DNA of 64,000 nt from an uncultured archaeon (GTDB taxonomy: Archaea; Thermoproteota; Bathyarchaeia; Bathyarchaeales; Bathycorpusculaceae): positions 64,001 to 128,000 of the forward strand of contig CAWALK010000012.1 of NCBI GenBank assembly GCA_963782915.1, in the 5' to 3' direction. Made by a program: the position numbers and the translations under genes. Below, piece after piece: positions 10,364 through 20,852 of the stretch (positions are counted from its first letter, which is position 1; each line of letters begins with the position of its first letter). The notes under the pieces were generated by a model. The model did no database searches and was not told the origin of the DNA. It saw only the letters and a list, made by a program, of their open reading frames with translations.

Positions 10364-11347
10364 ATGGCCATTAACGAAACAGAAGTAGCCCAACTTACCC
10401 AACAAGCAAGAACACTAATCCACAAATGTGTCAAAAAGAACCTGGCCGACGGATTCCTCTTTTCCGCCGGAACAGACACACAAATAATCGCCTACGAAGC
10501 AGTAAAATACAAACCCGACATCCCCTGCCTAACCCTAGCATTCAAACATGGACAACCCAAAGACACCCAATACGTCAAAATGATGGTAGACTTCCTCCAC
10601 TTAAAACAAGAAACCTACCAGTTCGGCAAAGAAGACCTCATGAAGTTCTACCCCAAAGTCGTCGAAGCACTCAAAAAATATGACCCTATGGAAATCAGAA
10701 ACAGCCTCCCAGTCTACATAGGCTTAACATTACTCAAAGAGAAAGGCATCAAAACCGTCTTCACCGGCGACGCATTAGACGAACTTTTCGGTTACCCCTG
10801 GCAATTCCACCTAACAGAAGAACAATTCGCAGTTAAACAGCAAGAAATGTGGGCTGAAATGGGATTCTCATCCTTGCCCATGGCAAAATCGTTAGGCATG
10901 GAAATCAAGGCACCTTACCTTGAACCTGAATTCCAGGAATGGGCAAAGAAGGTCCCCATCAAATACAAGATTAACATGTATAACGGGGTAAAATACGGCA
11001 AATGGATTCTACGCAAAGCTTACGAAGACGTCATACCCAAAGAAGCCATCTGGAGACCCAAAGCACCACTCGAAGCAGGCACAGGAACCGAAACATTACG
11101 CACATACTTCAACGATACCTTCACACCAGAAGAATTCAAAGAAAAAGTCGCTAAAATCAAAGAAGAAGACGACGTAGAAATCGCCGATCAAGAGCAACTG
11201 CTTTACTACCAAACCTTCCGCAAACTCTATGGCAAACCCAAAGACGTGTTCCCCAAGATCCCAGGCGCAATCCAGTGTCCTAAATGCAAGAGTTGGCAAG
11301 TAACTAAGATTCAGTTCTGCAAGAAATGCGGAGCTTACCCCATCTAA
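10364..11347 (+). CDS. Asparagine-synthetase C-terminal (ATP-PPase)-like protein lacking a glutaminase domain, with C-terminal zinc ribbon
   Basis: FSAGTDT (variant of SGGxDS), TGDALDELFGY, KWILRKAYE, WRPK, CPKC..CKKC. Confidence 0.8.
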   Translation: MAINETEVAQLTQQARTLIHKCVKKNLADGFLFSAGTDTQIIAYEAVKYKPDIPCLTLAFKHGQPKDTQYVKMMVDFLHLKQETYQFGKEDLMKFYPKVVEALKKYDPMEIRNSLPVYIGLTLLKEKGIKTVFTGDALDELFGYPWQFHLTEEQFAVKQQEMWAEMGFSSLPMAKSLGMEIKAPYLEPEFQEWAKKVPIKYKINMYNGVKYGKWILRKAYEDVIPKEAIWRPKAPLEAGTGTETLRTYFNDTFTPEEFKEKVAKIKEEDDVEIADQEQLLYYQTFRKLYGKPKDVFPKIPGAIQCPKCKSWQVTKIQFCKKCGAYPI

Positions 11348-11569
11348 TCTTTTTCTTCTTTTGTCCATTTTTTAAGTTTAATATTTCATTTAGAACTAAA
11401 ATTCGACTGAAATACGGTCATTAACAGACTAACTGCCACTTATCTACGCCTTAAAAGATGAAGCAATGCTGATTGCATGCCCCATATTGATGGAGCAGTA
11501 GTGGCTTTTTGGGAAAAGACTTAATTCTTTAACTGATTAATTCTCCAATCGAACAAGAGAGGGTACTGC

Positions 11570-12613
11570 TTGGCTAATCTTTCACAACTCAAATTTGCAA
11601 TGGCAACATCCATCTTCCTATCCACATTCATATTCGGCCTGTTAATCTTCGCCATAGTTTACTTCCTGCAATTAGACGCCTTCACTGGGCTTCTGATTGC
11701 CGTAGGCGGCTCAGCGCTTTTCATCCTATTCCAGTACGCTGTGGGGCCAGTCATCGTTGCCGCAACAACCCGCCTGCATTACCTGCAGCCTGGCGAGAAC
11801 CCATGGCTTGAAAAAACCGTCAAAGAATTAGCCGACAAAGTAGGTCTACCCATGCCTAAACTGGCAACAGTGCCCAGTAATACACCCAACGCTTTCACTT
11901 TCGGCAGAAGCACCAGCGGCGCCACATTAGCCGTCCATGAAGGGCTACTAAGGCAACTAAACGAAGCCGAAGTCAAAGGCGTCATAGCTCACGAGTTGGG
12001 CCATGTTAAACACAAAGACTACATCGTAATGACTGTGCTCTCAGCTCTACCATTAATTGCATACTACATTGCGCAAGTAACGCTTTATGCAGGCGCATTC
12101 AGCGGCGGCAGAAGAAACAACAAAGATAATTCAGGTGCCATCTTGCTGGTTATTGGCGTCATTGCTTTTGCAATTTACATTGCAACCTTCGCAATCGTCA
12201 TGCGCCTAAGCAGACTGCGCGAGCATTATGCTGACGCTTTCTCAGCTTACGCTACTGGGTCGCCAAGAGCATTGGAAAGTGCCTTAGCAAAAATCACCTA
12301 CGGCTTATCCATCTCTCCCAAAGCCCCTGAAGGAGTCAGAGCTTTCTACATCGAAGACCCTGGAATGGCAAAACAGGAAATTTCCCAGATAATGGACAAG
12401 AAAAGCGAATATGACCTTGACCATGACGGTGTCTTAGATGAGCGTGAGTTAGAGTTGGCGATGGAGAAAGAGGCCAAATCCAGATGGGTACAGATGAACA
12501 GTGTCTTTGCAACCCACCCAGCCACCTTCAAACGCATCATGCTTCTAAGGGAAATAGAGCAAGAAATGGACACGGGCAAGTACAGCAACGACCAAATGTA
12601 CAGCCACGTCTAA
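11570..12613 (+). CDS. htpX: Zinc metalloprotease HtpX (M48)
   Basis: PNAFTFG, AHELGH, SRLREHYAD, ATHP; TM helices. Confidence 0.9.
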   Translation: MANLSQLKFAMATSIFLSTFIFGLLIFAIVYFLQLDAFTGLLIAVGGSALFILFQYAVGPVIVAATTRLHYLQPGENPWLEKTVKELADKVGLPMPKLATVPSNTPNAFTFGRSTSGATLAVHEGLLRQLNEAEVKGVIAHELGHVKHKDYIVMTVLSALPLIAYYIAQVTLYAGAFSGGRRNNKDNSGAILLVIGVIAFAIYIATFAIVMRLSRLREHYADAFSAYATGSPRALESALAKITYGLSISPKAPEGVRAFYIEDPGMAKQEISQIMDKKSEYDLDHDGVLDERELELAMEKEAKSRWVQMNSVFATHPATFKRIMLLREIEQEMDTGKYSNDQMYSHV

Positions 12614-12707
12614 CCCTTTTTTTAGGGAAAATTTTTCCATTTTGATGCGAAGACTAATATTTCCCAAACAGCGATTTATAGTAAAACCAAAAAAGGGCAT
12701 CATAAAA

Positions 12708-12914
12708 ATGGTAAATTATTGTCCTGAATGCGGCGGAGAAATCCAATACATCTCTTTGACAAAGCATTATGTATGCAAGAGCTGCGGTTTATCCTGTACA
12801 GGCCAAGAACTAAACGATTTACATGACAAGAACAGACCAGCCGACGAAACCGCAGAAGAAGCCAGACAAGCCCGCCGAAAAGAATACCTTAAATGGTATC
12901 TTAGCAAAAAATAG
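12708..12914 (+). CDS. Small zinc-ribbon protein
   Basis: CPECGG...CKSCG; 68 aa. Confidence 0.7.
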   Translation: MVNYCPECGGEIQYISLTKHYVCKSCGLSCTGQELNDLHDKNRPADETAEEARQARRKEYLKWYLSKK

Positions 12915-13024
12915 GTCCGCTACTATCAGCGGAAAGATATTTTCTTAGCTTTGACTCTGAACCCTAATTTTTGGGAAGGCTAATTAAACCAAACCACCCA
13001 TCCACTACCCTAAGGGGACATGCC

Positions 13025-13837
13025 TTGACTGTAGAAGTAGAAATCATCTGCATCGGCAACGAGTTACTTATAGGCAAAATCCAAAACACAAACGCACACT
13101 GGCTAGCCACGCAAACCACAAATTTAGGTGCAAACGTAAAAAGAATAACCGTCATCCAAGATATCATCGAAGAAATCGCGGATTGCATCAACGAAGTAAA
13201 AGCCCGAAAACCCCAATTTATAATCACCACAGGCGGCTTAGGTCCCACCTTCGATGACAAAACCTTCCAAGGCATCGCCAAAGCCCTAAACCAAAAACTC
13301 GCAGTTAACCCCGAAGCGCTCGAAATGGTTAAGGCGAAATGTATTGAATATTTCAAGAAAAGAGGCATAACTACTGAAGTTGAGATGACGCCGCCAAGAG
13401 TTAAAATGGCTGTTTTCCCAGAAAACACCGAACCCGTCATCAATCCAGTTGGCACTGCACCAGGGTTACGCGTCGATTTAGGCTGCACTGTCCTGTTTGC
13501 CTTGCCAGGTGTACCCATGGAGATGGAAGCAATCTTTACTCAAACCATAGCACCCCTCATCAAGCAAGCTGTAGGCACAGGAGTTTTTTGTCAAAGAAGC
13601 CTCTTCGTAGAAGGCATTGGTGAAGCAATTTTCGCTCCCCTAATCGATAAGGTGATGAGTGAAAACTTGGGAGTCTATATCAAGTCTCATCCATTGCGTT
13701 CTGAGGGTAAACCACGCGGTGAGCTTCACTTAACAATTGTTTCTACTCCTGAGCAAAAGCCTGATGAGTTGCTTCTTAGAGCAGCAAAGCAACTGTCTGC
13801 CTTAATTGAGGCGAACGGTGGAACTGTTCAATCATAA
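13025..13837 (+). CDS. cinA: CinA N-terminal / molybdopterin-binding-domain protein
   Basis: IGNELLIG..NTNA.WL, TTGGLGPTFDDKT, NPVGTAPG, LPGVPMEM. Confidence 0.85.
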   Translation: MTVEVEIICIGNELLIGKIQNTNAHWLATQTTNLGANVKRITVIQDIIEEIADCINEVKARKPQFIITTGGLGPTFDDKTFQGIAKALNQKLAVNPEALEMVKAKCIEYFKKRGITTEVEMTPPRVKMAVFPENTEPVINPVGTAPGLRVDLGCTVLFALPGVPMEMEAIFTQTIAPLIKQAVGTGVFCQRSLFVEGIGEAIFAPLIDKVMSENLGVYIKSHPLRSEGKPRGELHLTIVSTPEQKPDELLLRAAKQLSALIEANGGTVQS

Positions 13838-13917
13838 CTTGATAGGTCCATATTTGGGAATAACCATTTAAAGTATCAAGTCTATTGGGGAAAGCATTCG
13901 GCTGGCTATCCCTGCAA

Positions 13918-15006
13918 ATGAAGAGTGTCTACCTCAAGGCTCTATGCCTAACAGTGCTGCTAGTTATAGTGTTCTCGTTAGTGCCTATTGGCAGAACACA
14001 GGGTGGAGCGCAGGATACGGAGCTTTCTTTTCTGGTACAGAATCACCCAGACGGCGATAAAACCTACGAACTCAACGTAACTATACCCTACAGCCTCTAC
14101 CAATACTACAATCAGCAAAGCCATTTCCTGTTTTCACCCAACGATTTCCCAAAATTCATCACACCCTACACACTCAAACCCATAGCCGACAGACTATGGC
14201 AGATATACAATAACACAGAAGACTTCACTAACGGCGTCTTGATGCTTGTTCACCAAATAACCTACGAAGAAATCGCCGCCAGCAAATATCCAATTGAAAC
14301 GTTGGCTGACGGCAAAGGTGACTGCGACTTATTCGTTTACATTGCCGCTTCGATTTTGGAAGCAGGCGGTGTCCCAGTTGTTTTGCTCTATTACAAGGAT
14401 AAATTGCATATGGAGTTAGCTGTTGATTTGGGCGCTCAACCCGAGGATGCACGATTCCAGGTTTATAGCGTTGACAGCAATAACGTTACCTACTATATCG
14501 CTGAATCTACTGGAGGCAAATGGAGGCAGGGCTGGCGTGTCGGGGAATGCCCAACTGACTACCAAAACGCAACTTCTCAGGTGATAGTGCCTACGAATAT
14601 GGAGCAATCTTCGATTGGGCAAGTAGCCGCAAACCTAAGAGAACTCGACCCCAGCACCTTAACCTTGCATCTTTCTACCCCGTTGATGCTGCAGAATAGC
14701 GAGTTAATTATCACTGGTCAGGTTCTTCCTCAGACACCAAACGAGAATGTCACGCTCAGGGGTCGAACCAACAGTGGCGGCTGGTATGACATAGGAACTG
14801 TCGCTACTGGGTCCGATGGAAGTTTCAGTTATAATTGGCTACCCAGTCAGGGCGGCTTTATTGAGGTTCAGGCTAGCTGGGTGGGGAATCGTCAACTTAA
14901 TGGGGCTTCGAGTGCGTTGGGTAATGTGATTCTTGCGCCGTTTTTTGTGGTTATGCTTGTTTTTATAGGTGTTTTGCTTGCAGTTTTTGTTGGTCTTGTG
15001 CTGTAG
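13918..15006 (+). CDS. Membrane-anchored transglutaminase-like cysteine protein with Ig-like domain
   Basis: Signal peptide; YPIETL..GKGDCD, HMELAV, YIAESTG triad; T.SDGSFSYNW Ig domain; C-terminal TM. Confidence 0.7.
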   Translation: MKSVYLKALCLTVLLVIVFSLVPIGRTQGGAQDTELSFLVQNHPDGDKTYELNVTIPYSLYQYYNQQSHFLFSPNDFPKFITPYTLKPIADRLWQIYNNTEDFTNGVLMLVHQITYEEIAASKYPIETLADGKGDCDLFVYIAASILEAGGVPVVLLYYKDKLHMELAVDLGAQPEDARFQVYSVDSNNVTYYIAESTGGKWRQGWRVGECPTDYQNATSQVIVPTNMEQSSIGQVAANLRELDPSTLTLHLSTPLMLQNSELIITGQVLPQTPNENVTLRGRTNSGGWYDIGTVATGSDGSFSYNWLPSQGGFIEVQASWVGNRQLNGASSALGNVILAPFFVVMLVFIGVLLAVFVGLVL

Positions 15007-15137
15007 TGATTAGTGCGCAGAAAACACAAGGCTTCCCCTCCTGCTATCCCAATGCCTGAACCTGTTATGCCCCAGAATCCACCCTAATCAAAACTTATTC
15101 TTGCGATTCTATGTTAGAGCCTTTCGTCTGTTTTTTC

Positions 15138-15224
15138 TGTATAGGGGATAGGGGTCTAGGCAGAGCAACAGCAGCCTACTCTATTTATCCTTTAAATAAG
15201 GGAGGGGGAGGTCTCTCTGAGCAG
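15138..15224 (+). repeat. Dispersed TATA/G-string repeat, two tandem copies (15138-15170, 15189-15224)
   Basis: TATAGGGGATAGGGG..GCAGAGCAACA and CCTTTAAATAAGGGAGGGGGAGGTC..GAGCAG. Confidence 0.75.
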
Positions 15225-15291
15225 ATAGGTCACGAAGCTATAGCATAGCGTTAATTCTATAAGATTAATTGTTATTCAAAAAATAAAAAAG

Positions 15292-17850
15292 CTAAAAATT
15301 AAGCTCCCAGTTTCCCTTCTTAACCAACTTGTACACTTCAAACCAAACTATACTGCCAAAGCCTGCTACAAAGCAAATCAACAAATTCACTGGCGATATA
15401 GGTATGAACATGAAGAGACTGCTTAGCGGCGGCAAATAAATCACCAGCAGTAGGGCGACTATTGCAAGCACTAGAATTTGCCAGAACGCTCTGTTTGGTT
15501 TGCGTAATATACCTACGATAGATTGACTCCATGAGCGGTTTGTAGCTATCAATGCTATATTTGCTAACACTATCGTTGCGAACGCCATTGTGCGCGCTGT
15601 ATCCAAGCCTAAACCTGCTGAACTAGCGTAAAGGTAAACTGCAGTTACAAGTACCAATGAAACGGTACCTTGCAGACCGGCGATTATTGCGGCTTTCATA
15701 TTGAATAGTCTTGAAGTTATACTTCTGGGTTTTCGCTGCATGACATCTTTTTCTTCTGATTCAGCCTCGAAAGCAGTTGTACATGCTGGGTCGATGATGA
15801 ATTCTAGGAATACGATGTGTAGTGGCAGTAGGATTAGTGGCCAACCAAACAGCACTGGCAGGGCTGAGAGTCCAGCGATTGGAATGTGCACTGCGAAGAT
15901 GTAGGCTATTGCTTTTTTGAGGTTGTCAAAGATTCGGCGGCCCATCTTTACTCCGCCTACAATAGAGCTAAAGTCGTCGTCTAGGAGCACTAATGTTGAG
16001 GCTTCTCTGGCGACGTCTGTTCCTCTTGCACCCATTGCGATGCCGATGTTTGCTGATTTGAGTGCTGGTGCATCGTTTACGCCGTCTCCGGTCATGGCTA
16101 CTATTTCGCCGTTTGCTTTGAAGGCATCTACAATTCGTAGTTTCTGCTCAGGTACGACTCGTGCAAAGATGTTTACGTTCTTGATTCTCTCTTTAAGTTC
16201 TTCGTTGTTCATTTTTTCGAGTTCTGGCCCAGTTATGATGTTCTCGGGATTTCGTAAGCTTATTTGTCGGCCGATATTCTGTGCCGTCAGTGGATAGTCA
16301 CCGGTGATCATGACTACTCTTATGCCTGCGTTGTAGCATTCCTTAACTGCGTCTGAAACGTTCGGTCTTACTGGATCGACGAAGCCAATTAAGCCTATGA
16401 ACTTGAATGAGAAATCATGCTGCTCTTTTGGAAGTTGTCCTTCTGCCGTGCTAAAGGATGTTTTAGCAACGCCTAAGACGCGCAGACCCTCTCCAGCCAT
16501 TTTCTGTACATTTGCAGAGATTTCTTTTGCTTCCGCCTCTTTTAGGTGGCATAAGTCGATTATCGCTTCAGGTGCCCCCTTAGCTGCGATGATATAATCA
16601 GTGCCGTTTGGTGAACCCCAAACGTTTGACATGGCTAGCAGTTTTTGGGATAGGGGGTATTCTTGGATTAGTTGCCAGTCAGAATGGACATGTTCGGTTT
16701 TTGCGAATTCACCTTCTACGAAGTTTGTGATGGCTTTTTCCATGGGGTCGAAGGGGTCTTTTTTGCATGCTAGCACACTGAATTCTACTAGCTCGTGGCA
16801 GCAGTCTGGTGGATTCTTGAGTGCTGAGTCGATTGTGTACATTTTGTTGTCTGTGCATAGTTTGGATACGGACATTTTGTTGAGTGTTAATGTACCTGTC
16901 TTGTCAACGCACAAGACTGTTGCTGATCCAAGATTCTCTATTGCGTGAGGCTGTCTTGTCAGCACATTCTTTTTAGACATGCGCCAAGCGCCGAGTGCTA
17001 AGAAGATTGTTAGCACAACTGGGAACTCTTCAGGCAGCATTGCCATAGCAAGGGTTACACCTGCCAGTATTCCTTCTATCCAGTCAAACCGTGTTAAACC
17101 ATAAACAATTATGACCAAGGCACAAAGTGATAGCCCGAAGATGGCAAAGTTGCGGACAAGCTTTGATACTTCAACTTTTAGTTTGGTATCATCGCGTTCA
17201 ACTTTTTGGAGAACTACGCCTATTTTGCCCATTTCAGATTTAGCGCCAGTAGATTTGACTAATGCAATGGCCTGGCCTTGCGTTACTAGTGTTCCCGAGT
17301 AGATGTATGGTTGGTCGTCTCCGCCTGGTCGCCAAGTTTGCTCTTCTAGTTTGCCAATGGCTTTTCGGACTGGAACTGATTCGCCTGTTAGAAGTGATTC
17401 ATCAACCATTAAATTGTTAGATGACAGTAATAGCGCGTCTGCTGGTACGCGGTCGCCTTCTGCTAGAATCATGATGTCGCCAGGCACGACTTCGCGGCCT
17501 GGGACCCGAATTTGTTTGCCGTCTCGTATTACTAGCGCTCGGGGGCTTGATAAATTCTTTAAGGCATCAAGGGCATTCTCTGTTTTTCTTTCCTGGAAAA
17601 TAGTTATGCCCATGACTACGAAAACAAAGCTTAGTAGAACTAAGCCTTCTGTCACTTCGCCTAGGATGAAGTATATGCTGCCGCTTGCGACGAGTAGGAG
17701 GAAAATTGGTTCCTTAATTACGCTTAATGCAATTTGAAAAACGCTTCGCTTCTTAGATGAGGGCAATTCATTGTACCCGTCGCTCTCCAATTTCTCTTGG
17801 GCTTCGTTGGAAGTAATTCCAGTTAAGGCATCAACGTCAATGTTATGCAT
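15292..17850 (-). CDS. Cation-translocating P-type ATPase (P2A, Ca2+-ATPase-like)
   Basis: TGES, LPEEFP, DKTGTLT, KGAPE, TGDGVNDAPALK. Confidence 0.92.
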   Translation of the reverse strand: MHNIDVDALTGITSNEAQEKLESDGYNELPSSKKRSVFQIALSVIKEPIFLLLVASGSIYFILGEVTEGLVLLSFVFVVMGITIFQERKTENALDALKNLSSPRALVIRDGKQIRVPGREVVPGDIMILAEGDRVPADALLLSSNNLMVDESLLTGESVPVRKAIGKLEEQTWRPGGDDQPYIYSGTLVTQGQAIALVKSTGAKSEMGKIGVVLQKVERDDTKLKVEVSKLVRNFAIFGLSLCALVIIVYGLTRFDWIEGILAGVTLAMAMLPEEFPVVLTIFLALGAWRMSKKNVLTRQPHAIENLGSATVLCVDKTGTLTLNKMSVSKLCTDNKMYTIDSALKNPPDCCHELVEFSVLACKKDPFDPMEKAITNFVEGEFAKTEHVHSDWQLIQEYPLSQKLLAMSNVWGSPNGTDYIIAAKGAPEAIIDLCHLKEAEAKEISANVQKMAGEGLRVLGVAKTSFSTAEGQLPKEQHDFSFKFIGLIGFVDPVRPNVSDAVKECYNAGIRVVMITGDYPLTAQNIGRQISLRNPENIITGPELEKMNNEELKERIKNVNIFARVVPEQKLRIVDAFKANGEIVAMTGDGVNDAPALKSANIGIAMGARGTDVAREASTLVLLDDDFSSIVGGVKMGRRIFDNLKKAIAYIFAVHIPIAGLSALPVLFGWPLILLPLHIVFLEFIIDPACTTAFEAESEEKDVMQRKPRSITSRLFNMKAAIIAGLQGTVSLVLVTAVYLYASSAGLGLDTARTMAFATIVLANIALIATNRSWSQSIVGILRKPNRAFWQILVLAIVALLLVIYLPPLSSLFMFIPISPVNLLICFVAGFGSIVWFEVYKLVKKGNWELNF

Positions 17851-18002
17851 ATACACCGTTCCTTTTTGCGGTATGGCGACAAACCCTATTGCCATTTAAT
17901 CGAGTTGAAGCCATCCACTTTTCATTGGTAACAGCGTACTTGAGAAGCGAAAATACTTAAAGGGCTTTTGTCACTGATATTTTTTCTCAGTGGTGAAAAA
18001 AA

Positions 18003-18812
18003 GTGAAAAGCGTTGAGCTACAAAAGGCACTTGAATCAATGGGCTTAACTGAATATGAGGCTAAAGCATACATTAGCCTAATCCAAATTGGTACCTCAAA
18101 CGCAGGTAACCTCAGTAAACTTACGGAGATACCACATTCAAAAATCTACGAAGTCCTTATTCGTCTCGAAAAAAAGAAACTAATTGAAGTCCAAAAAGGT
18201 AGACCGCTATTTTTCAAAGCAATAAAACCCTCCACTGCCATAGAAGGAATTGAAACCGAACTAAAAGACAACCTGCAGAATGAACTTTCCCAAAAAAAAA
18301 TTGACTTAGAAAGGCTCTATGAAAAAAAAATAGGACAAATATCCAAAGCTCACGGTGTGCTCGGCGAGTTGGATAATTTTTATGAGAAGAATGCAGCTAT
18401 CGAACCTTCTGAAGAATTCATTTGGACGATTCGAGGAAAAGAAAATTTGAATGGCCAAGCTAAAGAGATCATTCAAAGTGCGTCGGCAGAGGTGCGGTTG
18501 ATGATGCCGCTTGACGATTTCTCTGAGTTGTTATCGGCAATTAAGACTGCATCTTCAAGAGATGTTAAAGTTCAACTAGTAATTCATGAGTTAACTACGA
18601 GTGTGCGGAAGCTCAAAGACACCGTTGAGATTTTCTATGACAGGTCACCTTTGCCCACAAATTGCGGAATGATTTTGGCAGATGCCAAAAGGGGTATGTT
18701 TATTTCAGAAAATTCCACGATTGGATTTAAAGCATCCAGTAGGAGTGTTTTGATGGTTCTTGCCCAATTCTATCAGCATGAAGTTGAGGAATCGACAAGA
18801 ATAAAACTGTAG
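18003..18812 (+). CDS. TrmB family transcriptional regulator
   Basis: GLTEYEAKAY..IPHSKIYEVL..L; GRPLFFKA; WTIRGKEN. Confidence 0.88.
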   Translation: MKSVELQKALESMGLTEYEAKAYISLIQIGTSNAGNLSKLTEIPHSKIYEVLIRLEKKKLIEVQKGRPLFFKAIKPSTAIEGIETELKDNLQNELSQKKIDLERLYEKKIGQISKAHGVLGELDNFYEKNAAIEPSEEFIWTIRGKENLNGQAKEIIQSASAEVRLMMPLDDFSELLSAIKTASSRDVKVQLVIHELTTSVRKLKDTVEIFYDRSPLPTNCGMILADAKRGMFISENSTIGFKASSRSVLMVLAQFYQHEVEESTRIKL

Positions 18813-18837
18813 TCAGGGCATAATTCCACCCCCTAAA

Positions 18838-18869
18838 TATAAATAAGGGAGGGAGGTCACTCAGAGCAG
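18838..18869 (+). repeat. Dispersed TATA/G-string repeat copy
   Basis: TATAAATAAGGGAGGGAGGTCACTCAGAGCAG. Confidence 0.75.
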
Positions 18870-19069
18870 GTGGAGGCTTTCAACATAGCAGCCGTCCTGT
18901 TTGTGGTTTATTGCACAAGCAACCTGCAATCCAGTTAAAACGTAGAATCCAAAACGCAATCTTTAACCCGACTTATTGGTGGTTGTTGTGTATAGGGGAT
19001 TTTCGGCAACAACTACCTTACAAAAATAGAAAACCAACAAAAAAAAATAAAATAAGAAAGGAAAAAAAA

Positions 19070-20249
19070 TTATTCTTTCTTGGCACACTCAAGAGCTTTC
19101 TTGAGTATCTCTGCCTTGTCGCATCTTTCCCATGGGAATTCGACGTCGTCTCGACCGAAGTGGCCGAAGCATGCGGTTTTCTTGTAGATTGGTCTTAGCA
19201 GGTTGAGTGTGTCGATGATTCCGCGTGGTCTCATGTCAAAGTTGGCTTTGACGAGTTCGAGTATTTGCTCATCTGGGAGCTTGCCTGTCTCGTATGTGTT
19301 AACTAAGCACTGAGATTGGCTGTGCGACACCGATGGCGTAGCTGATTTGGACTTCGCATTGCTCTGCTAAGCCTGAAGCAACTACGTTTTTGGCGATGTA
19401 ACGTGCCATGTAGCAGCCGCTGCGGTCAACTTTTGAGGGGTCTTTGCCGCTGAAGCATCCGCCGCCGTGGCTTCCAACTCCGCCGTATGTGTCAACGATG
19501 ATTTTTCTGCCTGTTAAGCCGGAGTCTGCGAGGGTTCCGCCGATGACGAATCTGCCTGTGCCGTTAATGACATAATTTACGTCTTCTGATAACAGGTTTG
19601 CTGGGATAACGTATTTGATTACTTTTTCGATGATTTGCTTCTTTAGAACTGCATCTTCGACTGATCCGTTGTTTTGTGCGGCAATAACTACTGCTTTGAC
19701 GCATTTTGGTTTGCCGTTTTCGTATTCAACGGTGACTTGGGATTTGCAGTCTGGACGTAGATATGGCATAGTGCCGTTGTGGCGGAGTTCTGCTAATCTT
19801 TTTACTAGTCTGTGAGATAGCAGAATTGGCAGTGGCATGAGTTCTTTGGTTTCATTGCTTGCGAAACCGAAAACCATACCTTGGTCGCCAGCGCCCTGTT
19901 CTTTGCCGTTAGTTGCGTCAACACCCATGGCGATGTCTGGGGACTGCTCAGTTAAGGAAACAAGGATACCGCAGGTTTCCCAGTCTAAGCCGTCTTTGGC
20001 ATTGTCGAAACCGATTTCTTTTAGTGTATTTCGTACGATGCTTGGGATGTTTACGTATGCACAGGTTGTGATTTGGCCTGTAATCATAACTGTTCCCTGC
20101 ATTACGAGGGTTTCGCAGTCAACGTGTGCTTTGGTGTCGTGGGAGAATATGGCGTCTAGGACGCTGTCAGAGATTTGGTCTGCAACTTTGTCTGGGTGAC
20201 CTTCTCCGACTGATTCGGATGTGAACAAATATTTTCCGTTTCTTCTCAT
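19070..20249 (-). CDS. metK: Bacterial/eukaryal-type S-adenosylmethionine synthetase; +1 frameshift near 19303
   Basis: [50 protein letters not shown], after the shift [16 protein letters not shown]. Confidence 0.93.
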
Positions 20250-20406
20250 TTCAGTTCTCTCTTCCGTTCGGTAAGTTGTGCTTAGCTTACTTGCCGTTTT
20301 TCTTATATGGTTTTCTGCATAAAATATTCCAATCGGAATATTGGTTGTTGGGTTAATTCTTGTTTTCCAATACTGTTTTAAGGATAAATGGGCACACAAA
20401 CAAGTG

Positions 20407-20791
20407 ATGGCTATGAAAAAAGCAGTTGTAAGCCCAGATGCGCCTAAACCCATTGGACCCTACAGTCAAGCTGTGCAAGCAGGCAATTATCTCTATGTTT
20501 CGGGGCAACTTGCTATCGACCCCAAAGAGGGCAAGCTCGTTGCCGCAGACATCGCAGTGCAAACACGTCAGGTGATGGAGAACCTCAAAGCAATCCTGAC
20601 AAGCCGCCAACTACAGCCTAAAAGACATCGTCCAAACCACAGTTTACCTCTCATCCATGACGCATTTCGAAGGCTTCAACCGTGAATACGCCAAATACTT
20701 CACTGCAGACTACCCAGCACGCGCCACAGTCGCCTGCGAACTAAAAACAGGTGCACTCCTAGAAGTTTCAGCAGTAGCCTACAAAGAGTAG
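20407..20791 (+). CDS. ridA: RidA/YjgF family enamine deaminase; +1 frameshift near 20601
   Basis: [16 protein letters not shown]; after the shift [25 protein letters not shown]. Confidence 0.88.
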
Positions 20792-20852
20792 CAGCTTTTG
20801 CTTCGATAAGTTATAAGTATCTAGCCAACGCTAAATATCAACAGGCATAACC

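Noticed and set aside
18911-19198. This and the many other short ORFs antisense to or overlapping long genes in the ORF track
   Set aside because: Shadow frames of well-supported genes, lacking motifs
20250-20406. SAM riboswitch upstream of metK (and cobalamin riboswitch upstream of cbiB)
   Set aside because: No consensus elements recognisable; only a short GTAAG/CTTAC hairpin
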